A stretch of DNA of 64,000 nucleotides from contig OZ316899.1 of the NCBI GenBank assembly GCA_973895155.1, positions 15,899,974 through 15,963,973 on the forward strand. Reading direction: 5' to 3'. The notes below the pieces were generated by a model. The model saw only the letters and a program-made list of their open reading frames with translations. It was not told the origin of the DNA and ran no database searches. The position numbers and the translations under genes are program-made. This document shows positions 1 to 10,812 of the stretch, piece by piece. Origin of the DNA: Marsupella aquatica. Taxonomy: Eukaryota > Plantae > Marchantiophyta. The first letter of the stretch is position 1. Each line of letters starts with the position of its first letter.

Positions 1-3000
1 CACACAAGTTAATGCGACACACAAATAGCAAAATGACTCATTCTGACTGAGTCATACCATGCACTTGCCATACAAACAGTACATCTCATACACAAGTTCT
101 ACGAACTAAGCCGTGAGGCCAACTCTATTCAGCTCTTAGGCATGAGGAAACATGAATATACACAAGGGTCACTGTATGACTAACCGAGAGCTTCTCGTAC
201 TACTTGATCCCAGCCCGGCTGGTGCAAACTAAAAACTTGCTAAAGAAGAGGCCCTGAGCTCCCCGCTGCCCAGGTACTTATCCTGGTAGTGGATCCGCCA
301 TTCTTTGCATCGTAAGCCTAATCTACTTAACAGTAATCTACTTGCCCGAATCTACCTATGTACAGCAAGGCAGGAGCACAAGTGTTGCTCCTACCAGTGG
401 GACCGCAATCCCACTAAGCTAAGTGTCAGGGCCGCTCCTGGTTCTGATCCTAATCCTAAACGTGGAGATCCGTGCCCGCCCTGCCCACTCACGCCTCCTC
501 CCTCCACGTCCGCCCTCCCTAAAAGGAACGGCGCCCTTGCACCGTCACGACACCGGTGGTGGATCCTCAATGGACGCCCCCAACACTTCCTCCTCAGCCA
601 CTGCCGTTGGCCCGCCTACTGACAGATTACCTGCCCTTGACCGAGTCAACTCTCCCTCGGCCTGACTGGGTCCACCTTCGGCTTCAGCCTCGACACCGGC
701 CTCGGCAATACCCACGGCTTCGGCTTCAGCCACCCCCACGGCTTCGGCTTCAGCCACTCCCTCGGCTTCGGCCTCCCCTTCCCCTAGGGTAGTTGGATCC
801 TTAGCTGTGACCCTGTCTGGGGTCGGTGCCGGGTCTACCTCCTTGATCACCACGGCCTGTGAAGTCGTATTACTCCTTGACCCTGAAGGTTTCCGCTTCT
901 TCTTCGTTGGTGGCTCGGCAGCTGGTCCCTTCCCCTTCCCACTTACCTCCGGCACTGGTGCAGGTGGCGCGGCTTGTCCTTCGGCAATTACCACCCCTGG
1001 TAACTGGTTTGTCCCAACAGGAGATGGACCTGCTGCAGCTAAGCATTTAAATACTGCGGCTTGTTTCTTCAGCCGCTCTGTTTGGTTGTCGGCCCGCCGC
1101 TGTAGGTTCTCCATCTTCCTCGTGATTTCCTCCAACTCCTCTTGGGTTTCATCCAGGTCCTTACGTGCCCCCTCCAGCTCGTTTTTGGCCTCCTCCTGCT
1201 CCCTGTGGGCTTCCTCCAATTCCTTCTTCAAGGTAGCCTTCTCCTCCTGGGTTGCTCTTAGCTCCTTGTCGAGCTCTGCAATGATGACAGACTCCATCTG
1301 GTTCATCTTGGCGTAAGTCTGTTCGAGCATCTCGTCCTTCTCCCTTAGGTCGGCCTTGAAGCTGGCCGTCAGGGACGCAAGCTCCTGCTGCAGCGCCATA
1401 ATCCCTTGATAGGATTTCCCTAACTCGACCTCCTTCTGCTCAAGGGCTCCGCGGATTTTCTCGAGCTCCCCTTTCAACGCCCATTCCTTTCTTTGGGTCT
1501 CCGCCATGGCCCGGCTGTTGGCTGTTATGTGGGCCTCCTCTGTATTCTTCAGCTCTTGCTTCCACTTTTCCCTTTCTTTGATCGTGTCGGCCAACTCTTC
1601 CTGCGTCTGAGTCAGTTTATCCTTGATATTCTGATTATCAGCCTGCGCGGCGTCCAACTGCCCCTGCATGATGTTCAGCTCATGTCGTTTAATCCGCAGT
1701 TCATCTTGGGCTTTCTTGGCCGCCCTTAGATCTTCAATCTCGGCTTCCATCCTCCTAAGCCGCCGAATGACCTCGTCCTTCTTGCTTCTCTCTAAAGCCA
1801 CCGCTTCTTCTAATTGGTGCTTCTCCAACTGCTCCCTATGGAAAAAGGGTCCTACCTCCAACTCCTCTCCAAAGATGCCGAGCGCAAGTTCCCCACACAT
1901 CTCACCATACTCCATGGCTCTATTCTTAGCGTAGGTGGAGTAAGTAGAAGTGATCGGCATCGCCCATCGTGGCCTCTGCTCCCAAGCCGTCCTGCGGATC
2001 TCTTCAATCGTGGCTAGAGGTTTGCTTCCTTTTTCGGCTAGCCGCCTGATGTCCTCCGGCCAATCTCCTCCTGGTAAATCCTTTTCCTTAGCCAGGGCGG
2101 CCTCTTCCTCCTGCTTGATTCGCTCCTGAAATTCCTGCACCGTCTGTTTTATGCCGTCGAAGCTCGGGGGAGCAACATCTGGTGGGGGAGACTCAGGGCT
2201 ACTCTGCTGGTTGGGGTCCCCTCGCACTACCCTTGGAAGTGTGGGGACAAACCGGCCACAGGTCCTTACTCCTGGAACGTGATGGTCCGACCCATAGCCG
2301 GAATTATCATGGCTGCAGTCCTCCACTGCCTCCTCTACCTCTTGGATTTCCGGCTTCTCCCTCTCCTCTTCCTCGGTAGGAGCTTCAGGCAATTCTGCCT
2401 CAGATTCGGAGCTTGAGGTTCCCACGTACATTCGAACACCTGGCTTGGATTTCGGCCTGATTCTCTCGTCTCCAGCAAAGGGGTTTTCTCTTGTGAGCCG
2501 GTGTAGGCCTACCTCTGTAGTAGTGTCCTGCATGGTTGCCGTTGCCGTTGTTGTTGCCGATGCCGATTTCTTTTCTTTCTCCAGTAGTTTCAGCAGACTC
2601 TGCATGCCTGGTTGCTGCATCGGCAAGTCTTCCTTCCTGGGCCTAAACACCTGCTCGATCGTAGGACTAACAGGTGGTTGAGGCTTCTCAGCCAACGGCC
2701 TCGGCGTTGGAGCTTCCTCGGGTGCCCTTACCTGCAGGGGAAGTACCGGGGCAAAAGTCTGACCTCTGGCATACCGGCACAACAGCGGCATGTGATAGCC
2801 AAGCCGCGACACGCTCCCCATGCCGATTACCTGCTGCTCCTCCTTTAAGATCTTCTTCAATTGGTTGAGGAGGTACCCGTTGTAGTCCCGGCTTGGGTCT
2901 GGCCTTTCTGCCAGATAGACCTGTGCCTTGCCGATCTCTGCCCTCGGCAAGTTACAATGCATGGTCACCCGCAAGAAGTCGATCATCTCTCCTATGTGCG

Positions 3001-4280
3001 GGTTGGTGCAGGTGTTCCGGAAGAAGCCATTCTTCGTTGATGGCCCGGGGAACGACCGGAACTCCTTGTCAGGCAAGGTCTTCCTGGTATCAACTTTGGT
3101 CTTATTGCCCATCGGCAAGCCAAACACTTCGGCAATCACCTTGGGAGTAAGATAGAAATCCTTCCCATATATCCTCGTGCAATTGGTCTCGGGTTCCCAT
3201 GACCCCACGAATTCTAATAGGTCTGACTCCGGTACCTCCGGCTTCAGCCATGGTAATCTTACAAAGGCCTCCAAGCCGGATCCGGCCATGAAGCCTTGGT
3301 ACTTCTTGGTCTGCATGGCCGTAAAGCATGCATCCTCCTCCCGTGCAAAATGTAGTTGCACCTCCACCGGTAGGGTTGCCGCCCAGCCCTTCCAGGTGTC
3401 ATCCCTGGTTGGAATGGCCTTGATGGGATCGACCTCCTCCTCTTCGGCTTCTCCCTGCCTCCTGCTCTGCTGCTCGGCTGGCTTCTTTGGTGCCGTCGAC
3501 CTCGTTCTTTTTGCCGGGGTGGCTTCATCGTTGACGGCTCCCTTCCTCTTCATCTCTGCTGCCGTGGAGGTTTCTCCTAGCACCGTTGCCTGGGTCCACC
3601 TTTCCGTGCTACCCTTTAATTCCCAGTGTATGTCGTTGCAGTTCTTGATGGCCTCTCGGATGCCGACGACGCTGTCCTTGCAAAACAGAAGATCGTCGAG
3701 TTGATTGGAAGTAGGCGTCCACAGGAACTCGTCCTTGATGAGTTCGCCTCCTAAGAAAGCCGTCTTCTGCAGCTCCCACAATCGAGCGAGCTCCTGCCGT
3801 TCTCGAGCTGCCCTTTCTGACTCCTCGTCCTCGTAAGTCTTGATGTACTCAGTTGCCCGTTCGAACAGGCATCCCCAGAAATGTGCCGCTTGATTGACGT
3901 TGCTCATACCCTCCTTAGGTTGATCATCGGTATCTACTCTCTCCCCGAGTGCTTGCCTAAGCAGCTGACAGTAGTTGGCCTCCCGTAGTCGTCTGCCTAG
4001 TTCGTGCTCGCAAATGAGCCACCATCTCCTGCAAGCGCTCCTTACCCCTCTCCTCTGCCGGTCCTTCTTCCCGTTGATCCTTCCTAGCCGCCGACGCTTA
4101 ACGCGCCCTAACCCTAATCGGGTTTTCACCCTTAGCCTTACCTCCGGCCTCTGCCCGGGTTCCATGGTTGCCCCTAATTGTTTATATTTTCCTTGTTTTG
4201 TCACTATACTAAGGTGTTCCTAGGGTGCCTTCCTGCTTTACCCACTTAACCGGCCGAGTGATTCCTGTCTAGGCATCACA
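1..4280 (-). mobile_element. Long ORF-containing LTR-like unit, family A, copy 1 (runs off the window start)
   Basis: Near-identical to 6292-10574. Ends ...GGCATCACA at 4280 and interrupts a gypsy pol frame (the next bases encode MFLADFDFEVRHIPGK). Confidence 0.8.
545..3907 (-). CDS. LTR-embedded retrotransposon accessory protein (~1120 aa): conserved LPW/FGLPxG/NGFF-C core, acidic linker, long coiled coil, basic NLS-like KKKRK
   Basis: Open ORF. ATG 3907 (MSNVNQ) is shared with copy 2, whereas the upstream GTG extension is broken by a stop in copy 2. Diverged homolog fragments occur at 46657-60294. Confidence 0.8.
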   Translation of the reverse strand: MSNVNQAAHFWGCLFERATEYIKTYEDEESERAARERQELARLWELQKTAFLGGELIKDEFLWTPTSNQLDDLLFCKDSVVGIREAIKNCNDIHWELKGSTERWTQATVLGETSTAAEMKRKGAVNDEATPAKRTRSTAPKKPAEQQSRRQGEAEEEEVDPIKAIPTRDDTWKGWAATLPVEVQLHFAREEDACFTAMQTKKYQGFMAGSGLEAFVRLPWLKPEVPESDLLEFVGSWEPETNCTRIYGKDFYLTPKVIAEVFGLPMGNKTKVDTRKTLPDKEFRSFPGPSTKNGFFRNTCTNPHIGEMIDFLRVTMHCNLPRAEIGKAQVYLAERPDPSRDYNGYLLNQLKKILKEEQQVIGMGSVSRLGYHMPLLCRYARGQTFAPVLPLQVRAPEEAPTPRPLAEKPQPPVSPTIEQVFRPRKEDLPMQQPGMQSLLKLLEKEKKSASATTTATATMQDTTTEVGLHRLTRENPFAGDERIRPKSKPGVRMYVGTSSSESEAELPEAPTEEEEREKPEIQEVEEAVEDCSHDNSGYGSDHHVPGVRTCGRFVPTLPRVVRGDPNQQSSPESPPPDVAPPSFDGIKQTVQEFQERIKQEEEAALAKEKDLPGGDWPEDIRRLAEKGSKPLATIEEIRRTAWEQRPRWAMPITSTYSTYAKNRAMEYGEMCGELALGIFGEELEVGPFFHREQLEKHQLEEAVALERSKKDEVIRRLRRMEAEIEDLRAAKKAQDELRIKRHELNIMQGQLDAAQADNQNIKDKLTQTQEELADTIKEREKWKQELKNTEEAHITANSRAMAETQRKEWALKGELEKIRGALEQKEVELGKSYQGIMALQQELASLTASFKADLREKDEMLEQTYAKMNQMESVIIAELDKELRATQEEKATLKKELEEAHREQEEAKNELEGARKDLDETQEELEEITRKMENLQRRADNQTERLKKQAAVFKCLAAAGPSPVGTNQLPGVVIAEGQAAPPAPVPEVSGKGKGPAAEPPTKKKRKPSGSRSNTTSQAVVIKEVDPAPTPDRVTAKDPTTLGEGEAEAEGVAEAEAVGVAEAEAVGIAEAGVEAEAEGGPSQAEGELTRSRAGNLSVGGPTAVAEEEVLGASIEDPPPVS

Positions 4281-5877
4281 TATGTTCTTGGCGGATTTTG
4301 ATTTTGAAGTCCGCCACATTCCAGGGAAGACAAATACGACAGCGGACGCGTTATCGCGTAAGGACCAACATCATGTCAATGGGATCACGATGCTTGAAGC
4401 CGAGTGGCCAAAGGTTCTGGCCACAACGTATGGGAATGATAGGTTAGCTAAGGAATGGCAAAGCAATGGGGGTAGCCAAGGCAAGGTAAGGCACGTATCG
4501 TTGGGTTTGGATACGACGCATAATGTTCAGTTATGGCGATACAAGCAGAGGCGTGTGTACATACCAGAGTCTCTAAGGTTAGAGGTTCTACAAAAGTACC
4601 ACAACTCGCCCTAGGGAGGGCATGGAGGACAAGCCGCTATGTATCGTAGCATGTCGCGAGATGTGTATTGGCCGGACATGAAGCAATCGGTCCTTCAACA
4701 CGTGCAAAGTTGTTACTCGTGCCAAAAGAACCAAACGGTCTATAGGGCAAAAGGAGGATTGCTGCAACCCTTACCAGTAGCTGCGGCTCCATGGGAGTCT
4801 ATCTCCATGGACTTCATTATTGGGTTACCTGAGTCCCACGGCAGTAACTCCATCTTAACAATTGTGGATCATTTTTCCAAGATGACGTATTTCCTGCCTA
4901 CTACGAAGATGGTTTCGGCCTGAGAGGTTGCTGGTCTAGTGTTTGACAATGTCTTTCGACAATGGGGATTGCCGTTGCATATCCTGTCCGATCGCGATAC
5001 CAAGTTCACGGGCCATTTCTGGAAGGTGTTGTTTCGGTTACCTGGAACGGACCTGACGAGGGGATCAGCGTATAATCATGAGATAGATGGCCAAACGGAA
5101 CGGGTTAATGGTATCGTGGAGGACTACTTGCGTCACTTTGTGACGGCCAATCAAAAGGATTGGGCAAAGCACTTAACGATGGCCGAGTTTAGGTATAACT
5201 CAACCAAGCATTCGGCGACAGGGTTTGCGCCGTTTGTGTTGGCCACAAGGAGGACGCCAAGGGCGCCCTCCTGGTTTATAAATCCGGAAGCTTGGCAGAC
5301 GGAAAGCAAGGTTCCTTCTACGGACGATTTTATTTGAGAGCGGCGCCTAGTGGTGAAAGCGGCTACCAAGGGTATGACCCTTGCCCAAAGTCGGTACAAG
5401 GAGCAAGGGGATAAACATCGACGCCAGGTAAGCTTTGAAATTGGGGAGAGACTGGTTGCAGTTGAGACCTGAGCAATACCACGGGAACATAAGTAGGAAG
5501 CTGGCTCCCAGATATGCGGGGCCCTATCGCATTATTCGATGGGCCCACAAGGATAATCCGGTTTTGGTGGTGCTGGAGACACCCAAGGAAATGGGCGTGG
5601 GCAAAAGCTACCATGTAAGCCGGCTCAAGAAGTTTGTCAAAGATGATGATCCCAACCGGGATCAGGTCTTGCGTCCGGACGCTGAGGAGTTTGAGGTGGA
5701 GGCAATTCTGGACCACCGTTCCAAACGCAGGTGTTGGGAAGGCAAATCTTAGAGTATTTGGTGAAGTGGGCTGGCTAGGATCAGGCCGAGAGTACTTGGG
5801 AACCAGAGGAAAATTTGGGTAATGCCTCAGAGATCCTTGGAAGCTATTGTAAGCGAAGCGGCCTACCGCCGTTGTGA
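4281..5877 (+). pseudogene. Ty3/gypsy chromovirus pol 3' end (RNase H tail, integrase, chromodomain), degenerate
   Basis: HIPGKTNTTADALSR; H-H-C-C zinc finger; WESISMDFIIGLP; SDRD; DGQTERVN; GPY motif; chromodomain EFEVEAILDHR...YLVKW...STWEPEENL. Several stops and frameshifts. Confidence 0.92.
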
Positions 5878-5914
5878 ACTGGTACAGGTAGCTGTAGCTA
5901 CCTTTGTGAGTTGT

Positions 5915-8900
5915 TGTGGTGCGTCCCATGGCTCCCTAAACCCAAGAAACCCCCCAGCTCAAGCCGATTCCCGCAGGTTTCGTGCTTGGCGAGGCCGTTT
6001 CCGCGGCTTAGCGGCATGGGACGCTGCTAACCTTCTACTACTACTATTAACATTTTACACACATATACTGGACAGATCCTTCATCGGGTCATGAGATACG
6101 TAGCCGGCCTAATATAGGTCTTCCCCTGTCTTCCCCTGTCTTCCCCTCCGTCTTGTTAGGTATGTTTGGATTCCGCCGCCGGAATGATCCCCAATAGGCT
6201 TGGTTAAGCCGCTAAGACCTCTCTTAGCTCGACACATCCAACTCTCACTCCCCTGCTTACTTTCCTTCCTTCTGTTGATGTGGGCACTCTTCACACAAGT
6301 TAATGCGACACACAAATAGCAAAATGACTCATCCTGACTGAGTCATACCATGCACTTGCCATACAAACAGTACATCTCATACACCAGTTCTGCGAACTAA
6401 GCCGTGAGGCCAACTCTATTCAGCTCTTAGGCATGAGGAAACATGAATATACACAAGGGTCACTGTATGACTAACCGAGAGCTTCTCGTACTACTTGATC
6501 CCAGCCCGGCTGGTGCAAACTAAAAACTTGCTAAAGAAGAGGCCCTGAGCTCCCCGCTGCCCAGGTACTTATCCTGGTAGTGGATCCGCCATTCTTTGCA
6601 TCGTAAGCCTAATCTACCTGACAGTAATCTACTTGCCCGAATCTACCTATGTACAGCAAGGCAGGAGCACAAGTGTTGCTCCTACCAGTGGAACCGCAAT
6701 CCCACTAAGCTAAGTGTCAGGGCCGCTCCTGGTTCTAATCCTAATCCTAAACGTGGAGATCCGCGCCCGCCCTGCCCACTCACGCCTCCTCCCTCCACGT
6801 CCGCCCTCCCTAAAAGGAACGGCGCCCTTGCACCGTCACGACACCGGTGGTGGATCCTCAATGGACGCCCCCAACACTTCCCCCTCAACCACTGCCGTTG
6901 GCCCGCCTACTGACAGATTACCTGCCCTTGACCGAGTCAACTCTCCCTCGGCCTGACTGGGTCCACCTTCGGCTTCAGCCTCGACACCGGCCTCGGCAAT
7001 ACCCACGGCTTCGGCCTCAGCCACTCCCACGGCTTCGGCTTCAGCCACTCCCTCGGCTTCGGCCTCCCCTTCCCCTAGGGTAGTTGGATCCTTAGCCGTG
7101 ACCCTGTCTGGGGTCGGTGCTGGGTCTACCTCCTTGATCACCACGGCCTGTGAAGTCGTATTACTCCTTGACCTTGAAGGTTTCCGCTTCTTCTTCGTTG
7201 GTGGCTCGGCATCTGGTCCCTTCCCCTTCCCACTTACTTCCGGCACTGGTGCAGGTGGCGCGGCCTGTCCTTCGGCAATTACCACCCCTGGTAACTGGTT
7301 TGTCCCAACGGGAGATGGACCTGCTGCAGCTAAGCATTTAAATACTGCGGCTTGTTTCTTCAGCCGCTCAGTTTGGTTGTCGGCCCGCCGCTGTAGGTTC
7401 TCCATCTTCCTCATGATTTCCTCCAACTCCTCTTGGGTTTCATCCAGGTCCTTACGTGCCCCCTCCAGCTCGTTTTTGGCCTCCTCCTGCTCCCTGTGGG
7501 CTTCCTCCAATTCCTTCTTCAAGGTAGCCCTCTCCTCCTGGGTTGCTCTTAGCTCCTTGTCGAGCTCTGCAATGATGACAGACTCCATCTGATTCATCTT
7601 GGCGTAAGTCTGTTCGAGCATCTCGTCCTTCTCCCTTAGGTCGGCCTTGAAGCTGGCCGTCAGGGACGCAAGCTCCTGCTGCAGCGCCATAATCCCTTGA
7701 TAGGATTTCCCTAACTCGGCCTCCTTCTGCTCAAGGGCTCCGCGGATTTTCTCGAGCTCCCCTTTCAACGCCCATTCCTTTCTTTGGGTCTCCGCCATGG
7801 CCCGGCTGTTGGCTGTTATGTGGGCCTCCTCTGTATTCTTCAGCTCTTGCTTCCACTTCTCCCTCTCTTTGATCGTGTCGGCCAACTCTTCCTGCGTCTG
7901 AGTCAGTTTATCCTTGATATTCTGATTATCAGCCTGCGCGGTGTCCAACTGCCCCTGCATGATGTTCAGCTCATGTCGTTTAATCCGCAGTTCATCTTGG
8001 GCTTTCTTGGCCGCCCTTAGATCTTCAATCTCGGCTTCCATCCTCCTAAGCCGCCGAATGACCTCGTCCTTCTTGCTTCTCTCTAAAGCCACCGCTTCTT
8101 CTAATTGGTGCTTCTCCAACTGCTCCCTATGGAAAAAGGGTCCTACCTCCAACTCCTCTTCAAAGATGCCGAGCGCAAGTTCCCCACACATCTCACCATA
8201 CTCCATGGCTCTATTCTTAGCGTAGGTGGAGTAAGTAGAAGTGATCGGCATCGCCCATCGTGGCCTCTGCTCCCAAGCCGTCCTGCGGATCTCTTCAATC
8301 GTGGCTAGAGGTTTGCTTCCTTTTTCGGCTAGCCGCCTGATGTCCTCCGGCCAATCTCCTCCTAGTAAATCCTTTTCCTTAGCCAGGGCGGCCTCCTCTT
8401 CCTGCTTGATTCGCTCCTGAAATTCCTGCACCGTCTGTTTTATGCCGTCGAAGCTCGGGGGGGCAACGTCTGGTGGGGGAGACTCAGGGCTACTCTGCTG
8501 GTTGGGGTCCCCTCGCACTACCCTTGGAAGTGTGGGGACAAACCGGCCACAGGTCCTTACTCCTGGAACGTGATGGTCCGACCCATAGCCGGAATTATCA
8601 TGGCTGCAGTCCTCCACTGCCTCCTCTACCTCTTGGACGTCCGGCTTCTCCCTCTCCTCTTCGTCGGTAGGAGCTTCAGGCAATTCTGCCTCAGATTCGG
8701 AGCTTGAGGTTCCCACGTACATTCGAACACCTGGCTTGGATTTTGGCCTGATTCTCTCCTTGTCTCCAGCAAAGGGGTTTTCTCTTGTGAGCCGGTGTAG
8801 GCCTACCTCTGTAGTAGTGTCCTGCATGGTTGCCGTTGCCGTTGTTGTTGCCGATGCCGATTTCTTTTCTTTCTCCAGTAGTTTCAGCAGACTCTGCATG

Positions 8901-10574
8901 CCTGGTTGCTGCATCGGCAAGTCTTCCTTCCTGGGCCTAAACACCTGCTCGATCGTAGGACTAACAGGTGGTTGAGGCTTCTCAGCCAACGGCCTCGGCG
9001 TTGGAGCTTCCTCGGGTGCCCTTACCTGCAGGGGAAGTACCGGGGCAAAAGTCTGACCTCTGGCATACCGGCACAACAGCGGCATGTGATAGCCAAGCCG
9101 CGACACGCTCCCCATGCCGATTACCTGCTGCTCCTCCTTTAAGATCTTCTTCAATTGGTTGAGGAGGTACCCGTTGTAGTCCCGGCTTGGGTCTGGCCTT
9201 TCTGCCAGATAGACCTGTGCCTTGCCGATCTCTGCCCTCGGCAAGTTACAATGCATGGTCACCCGCAAGAAGTCGATCATCTCTCCTATGTGCGGGTTGG
9301 TGCAGGTGTTCCGGAAGAAGCCATTCTTCGTTGATGGCCCGGGGAACGACCGGAACTCCTTGTCAGGCAAGGTCTTCCTGGTATCAACTTTGGTCTTATT
9401 GCCTATCGGCAGGCCAAACGCTTCGGCAATTACCTTGGGAGTAAGATAGAAATCCTTCCCATATATCCTCGTGCAATTGGTCTCGGGTTCCCATGACCCC
9501 ACGAATTCTAATAGGTCTGACTCCGGTACCTCCGGCTTCAGCCATGGTAATCTTACAAAGGCCTCCAAGCCGGATCCGGCCATGAAGCCTTGGTACTTCT
9601 TGGTCTGCATGGCCGTAAAGCATGCATCCTCCTCCCGTGCAAAATGTAGTTGCACCTCCACCGGTAGGGTTGCCGCCCAGCCCTTCCAGGTGTCATCCCT
9701 GGTTGGAATGGCCTTGATGGGATCGACCTCCTCTTCTTCAGCTTCTCCCTGCCTCCTGCTCTGCTGCTCGGCTGGCTTCTTTGGTGCCGCCGATCTCGTT
9801 CTTTTTGCCGGGGTGGCTTCATCGTTGACGGCTCCCTTCCTCTTCATCTCTGCTGCCGTGGAGGTTTCTCCTAGCACCGTTGCCTGGGTCCACCTTTCCG
9901 TGCTACCCTTTAATTCCCAGTGTATGTCGTTGCAGTTCTTGATGGCCTCTCGGATGCCGACGACGCTGTCTTTGCAAAACAGAAGATCGTCGAGTTGATT
10001 GGAAGTAGGCGTCCACAGGAACTCGTCCTTGATGAGTTTGCCTCCTAAGAAAGCCGTCTTCTGCAGCTCCCACAATCGAGCGAGCTCCTGCCGTTCTCTA
10101 GCTGCCCTTTCTGATTCCTCGTCCTCGTAAGTCTTGATGTACTCAGTTGCCCGTTCGAACAGGCATCCCCAGAAATGTGCCGCTTGATTGACGTTGCTCA
10201 TACCCTCCTTAGGTTGATCGTCGGTATCTACTCTCTCCCCGAGTGCTTGCCTAAGCAGCTGACAGTAGTTGGCCTCCCGTAGTCGTCTGCCTAGTTCGTG
10301 CTCGCAAATGAGCCACTATTTCCTGCAAGCGCTCCTTACCCCTCTCCTTTGCCGGTCCTTCTTCCCGTTGATCCTTCCTAGCCGCCGACGCTTAACGCGC
10401 CCTAACCCTAATCGGGTTTTCACCCTTAGCCTTACCTCCGGCCTCGGCCCGGGTTCCATGGTTGCCCCTAATTGTTTATATTTTCCTTGTTTTGTCACTA
10501 TACTAAGGTGTTCCTAGGGTGCCTTCCTGCTTTACCCACTTAACCGGCCGAGTGATTCCTGTCTAGGCATCACA
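5915..10574 (-). mobile_element. Solo LTR-like unit, family A, copy 2 (4660 bp), containing an intact ORF
   Basis: Termini TGTGGTGC...GCATCACA (TG..CA inverted ends). 5-bp TSD GTTGT at 5910-5914 and 10575-10579. No gag or pol inside. Confidence 0.85.
6836..10201 (-). CDS. LTR-embedded accessory protein, 1121 aa, intact
   Basis: Uninterrupted ORF nearly identical to 545-3907. TATA-like AATATAAA on the minus strand near 10475-10482. Confidence 0.82.
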   Translation of the reverse strand: MSNVNQAAHFWGCLFERATEYIKTYEDEESERAARERQELARLWELQKTAFLGGKLIKDEFLWTPTSNQLDDLLFCKDSVVGIREAIKNCNDIHWELKGSTERWTQATVLGETSTAAEMKRKGAVNDEATPAKRTRSAAPKKPAEQQSRRQGEAEEEEVDPIKAIPTRDDTWKGWAATLPVEVQLHFAREEDACFTAMQTKKYQGFMAGSGLEAFVRLPWLKPEVPESDLLEFVGSWEPETNCTRIYGKDFYLTPKVIAEAFGLPIGNKTKVDTRKTLPDKEFRSFPGPSTKNGFFRNTCTNPHIGEMIDFLRVTMHCNLPRAEIGKAQVYLAERPDPSRDYNGYLLNQLKKILKEEQQVIGMGSVSRLGYHMPLLCRYARGQTFAPVLPLQVRAPEEAPTPRPLAEKPQPPVSPTIEQVFRPRKEDLPMQQPGMQSLLKLLEKEKKSASATTTATATMQDTTTEVGLHRLTRENPFAGDKERIRPKSKPGVRMYVGTSSSESEAELPEAPTDEEEREKPDVQEVEEAVEDCSHDNSGYGSDHHVPGVRTCGRFVPTLPRVVRGDPNQQSSPESPPPDVAPPSFDGIKQTVQEFQERIKQEEEAALAKEKDLLGGDWPEDIRRLAEKGSKPLATIEEIRRTAWEQRPRWAMPITSTYSTYAKNRAMEYGEMCGELALGIFEEELEVGPFFHREQLEKHQLEEAVALERSKKDEVIRRLRRMEAEIEDLRAAKKAQDELRIKRHELNIMQGQLDTAQADNQNIKDKLTQTQEELADTIKEREKWKQELKNTEEAHITANSRAMAETQRKEWALKGELEKIRGALEQKEAELGKSYQGIMALQQELASLTASFKADLREKDEMLEQTYAKMNQMESVIIAELDKELRATQEERATLKKELEEAHREQEEAKNELEGARKDLDETQEELEEIMRKMENLQRRADNQTERLKKQAAVFKCLAAAGPSPVGTNQLPGVVIAEGQAAPPAPVPEVSGKGKGPDAEPPTKKKRKPSRSRSNTTSQAVVIKEVDPAPTPDRVTAKDPTTLGEGEAEAEGVAEAEAVGVAEAEAVGIAEAGVEAEAEGGPSQAEGELTRSRAGNLSVGGPTAVVEGEVLGASIEDPPPVS

Positions 10575-10799
10575 GTTGTATCCTAGTTTCACTCCTCTCG
10601 GCCTCTTAAGGATAAAGTCAGATTGCGTTGGTGCTAGAGGTTGTTGGGCAGCCGATTTGCTTTTTGCGAGTGGAAGTTGATGGTGCCTGCCCTACATCTA
10701 TGGGCGGGCTGGTTTGAACCAAAGGGGGAGTACCCCAAGGGAAGGACAATGGGTCCGACGAGTTTGGAGTTAGCTTACCCGTTTGGACGTGACCATTTT

Positions 10800-10812
10800 G
10801 AAGGGGGGTGAA
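10800..10812 (+). promoter_or_regulatory. Polypurine tract of the chromovirus
   Basis: GAAGGGGGGTGAA lies downstream of the chromodomain (once the family A insertion is removed) and directly before the hairpin unit. Confidence 0.6.

Noticed and set aside
3908-4204. N-terminal extension of the 1219-aa ORF
   Set aside because: GTG start, overlaps a TATA-like region, interrupted by a stop in copy 2; the family C homolog also begins at the MSNVNQ-equivalent Met.
1-10574. One intact LTR retrotransposon with two 4.6-kb LTRs around 4281-5914
   Set aside because: The middle part is only a broken pol tail with no PBS, and copy 2 has its own TSD on both sides.
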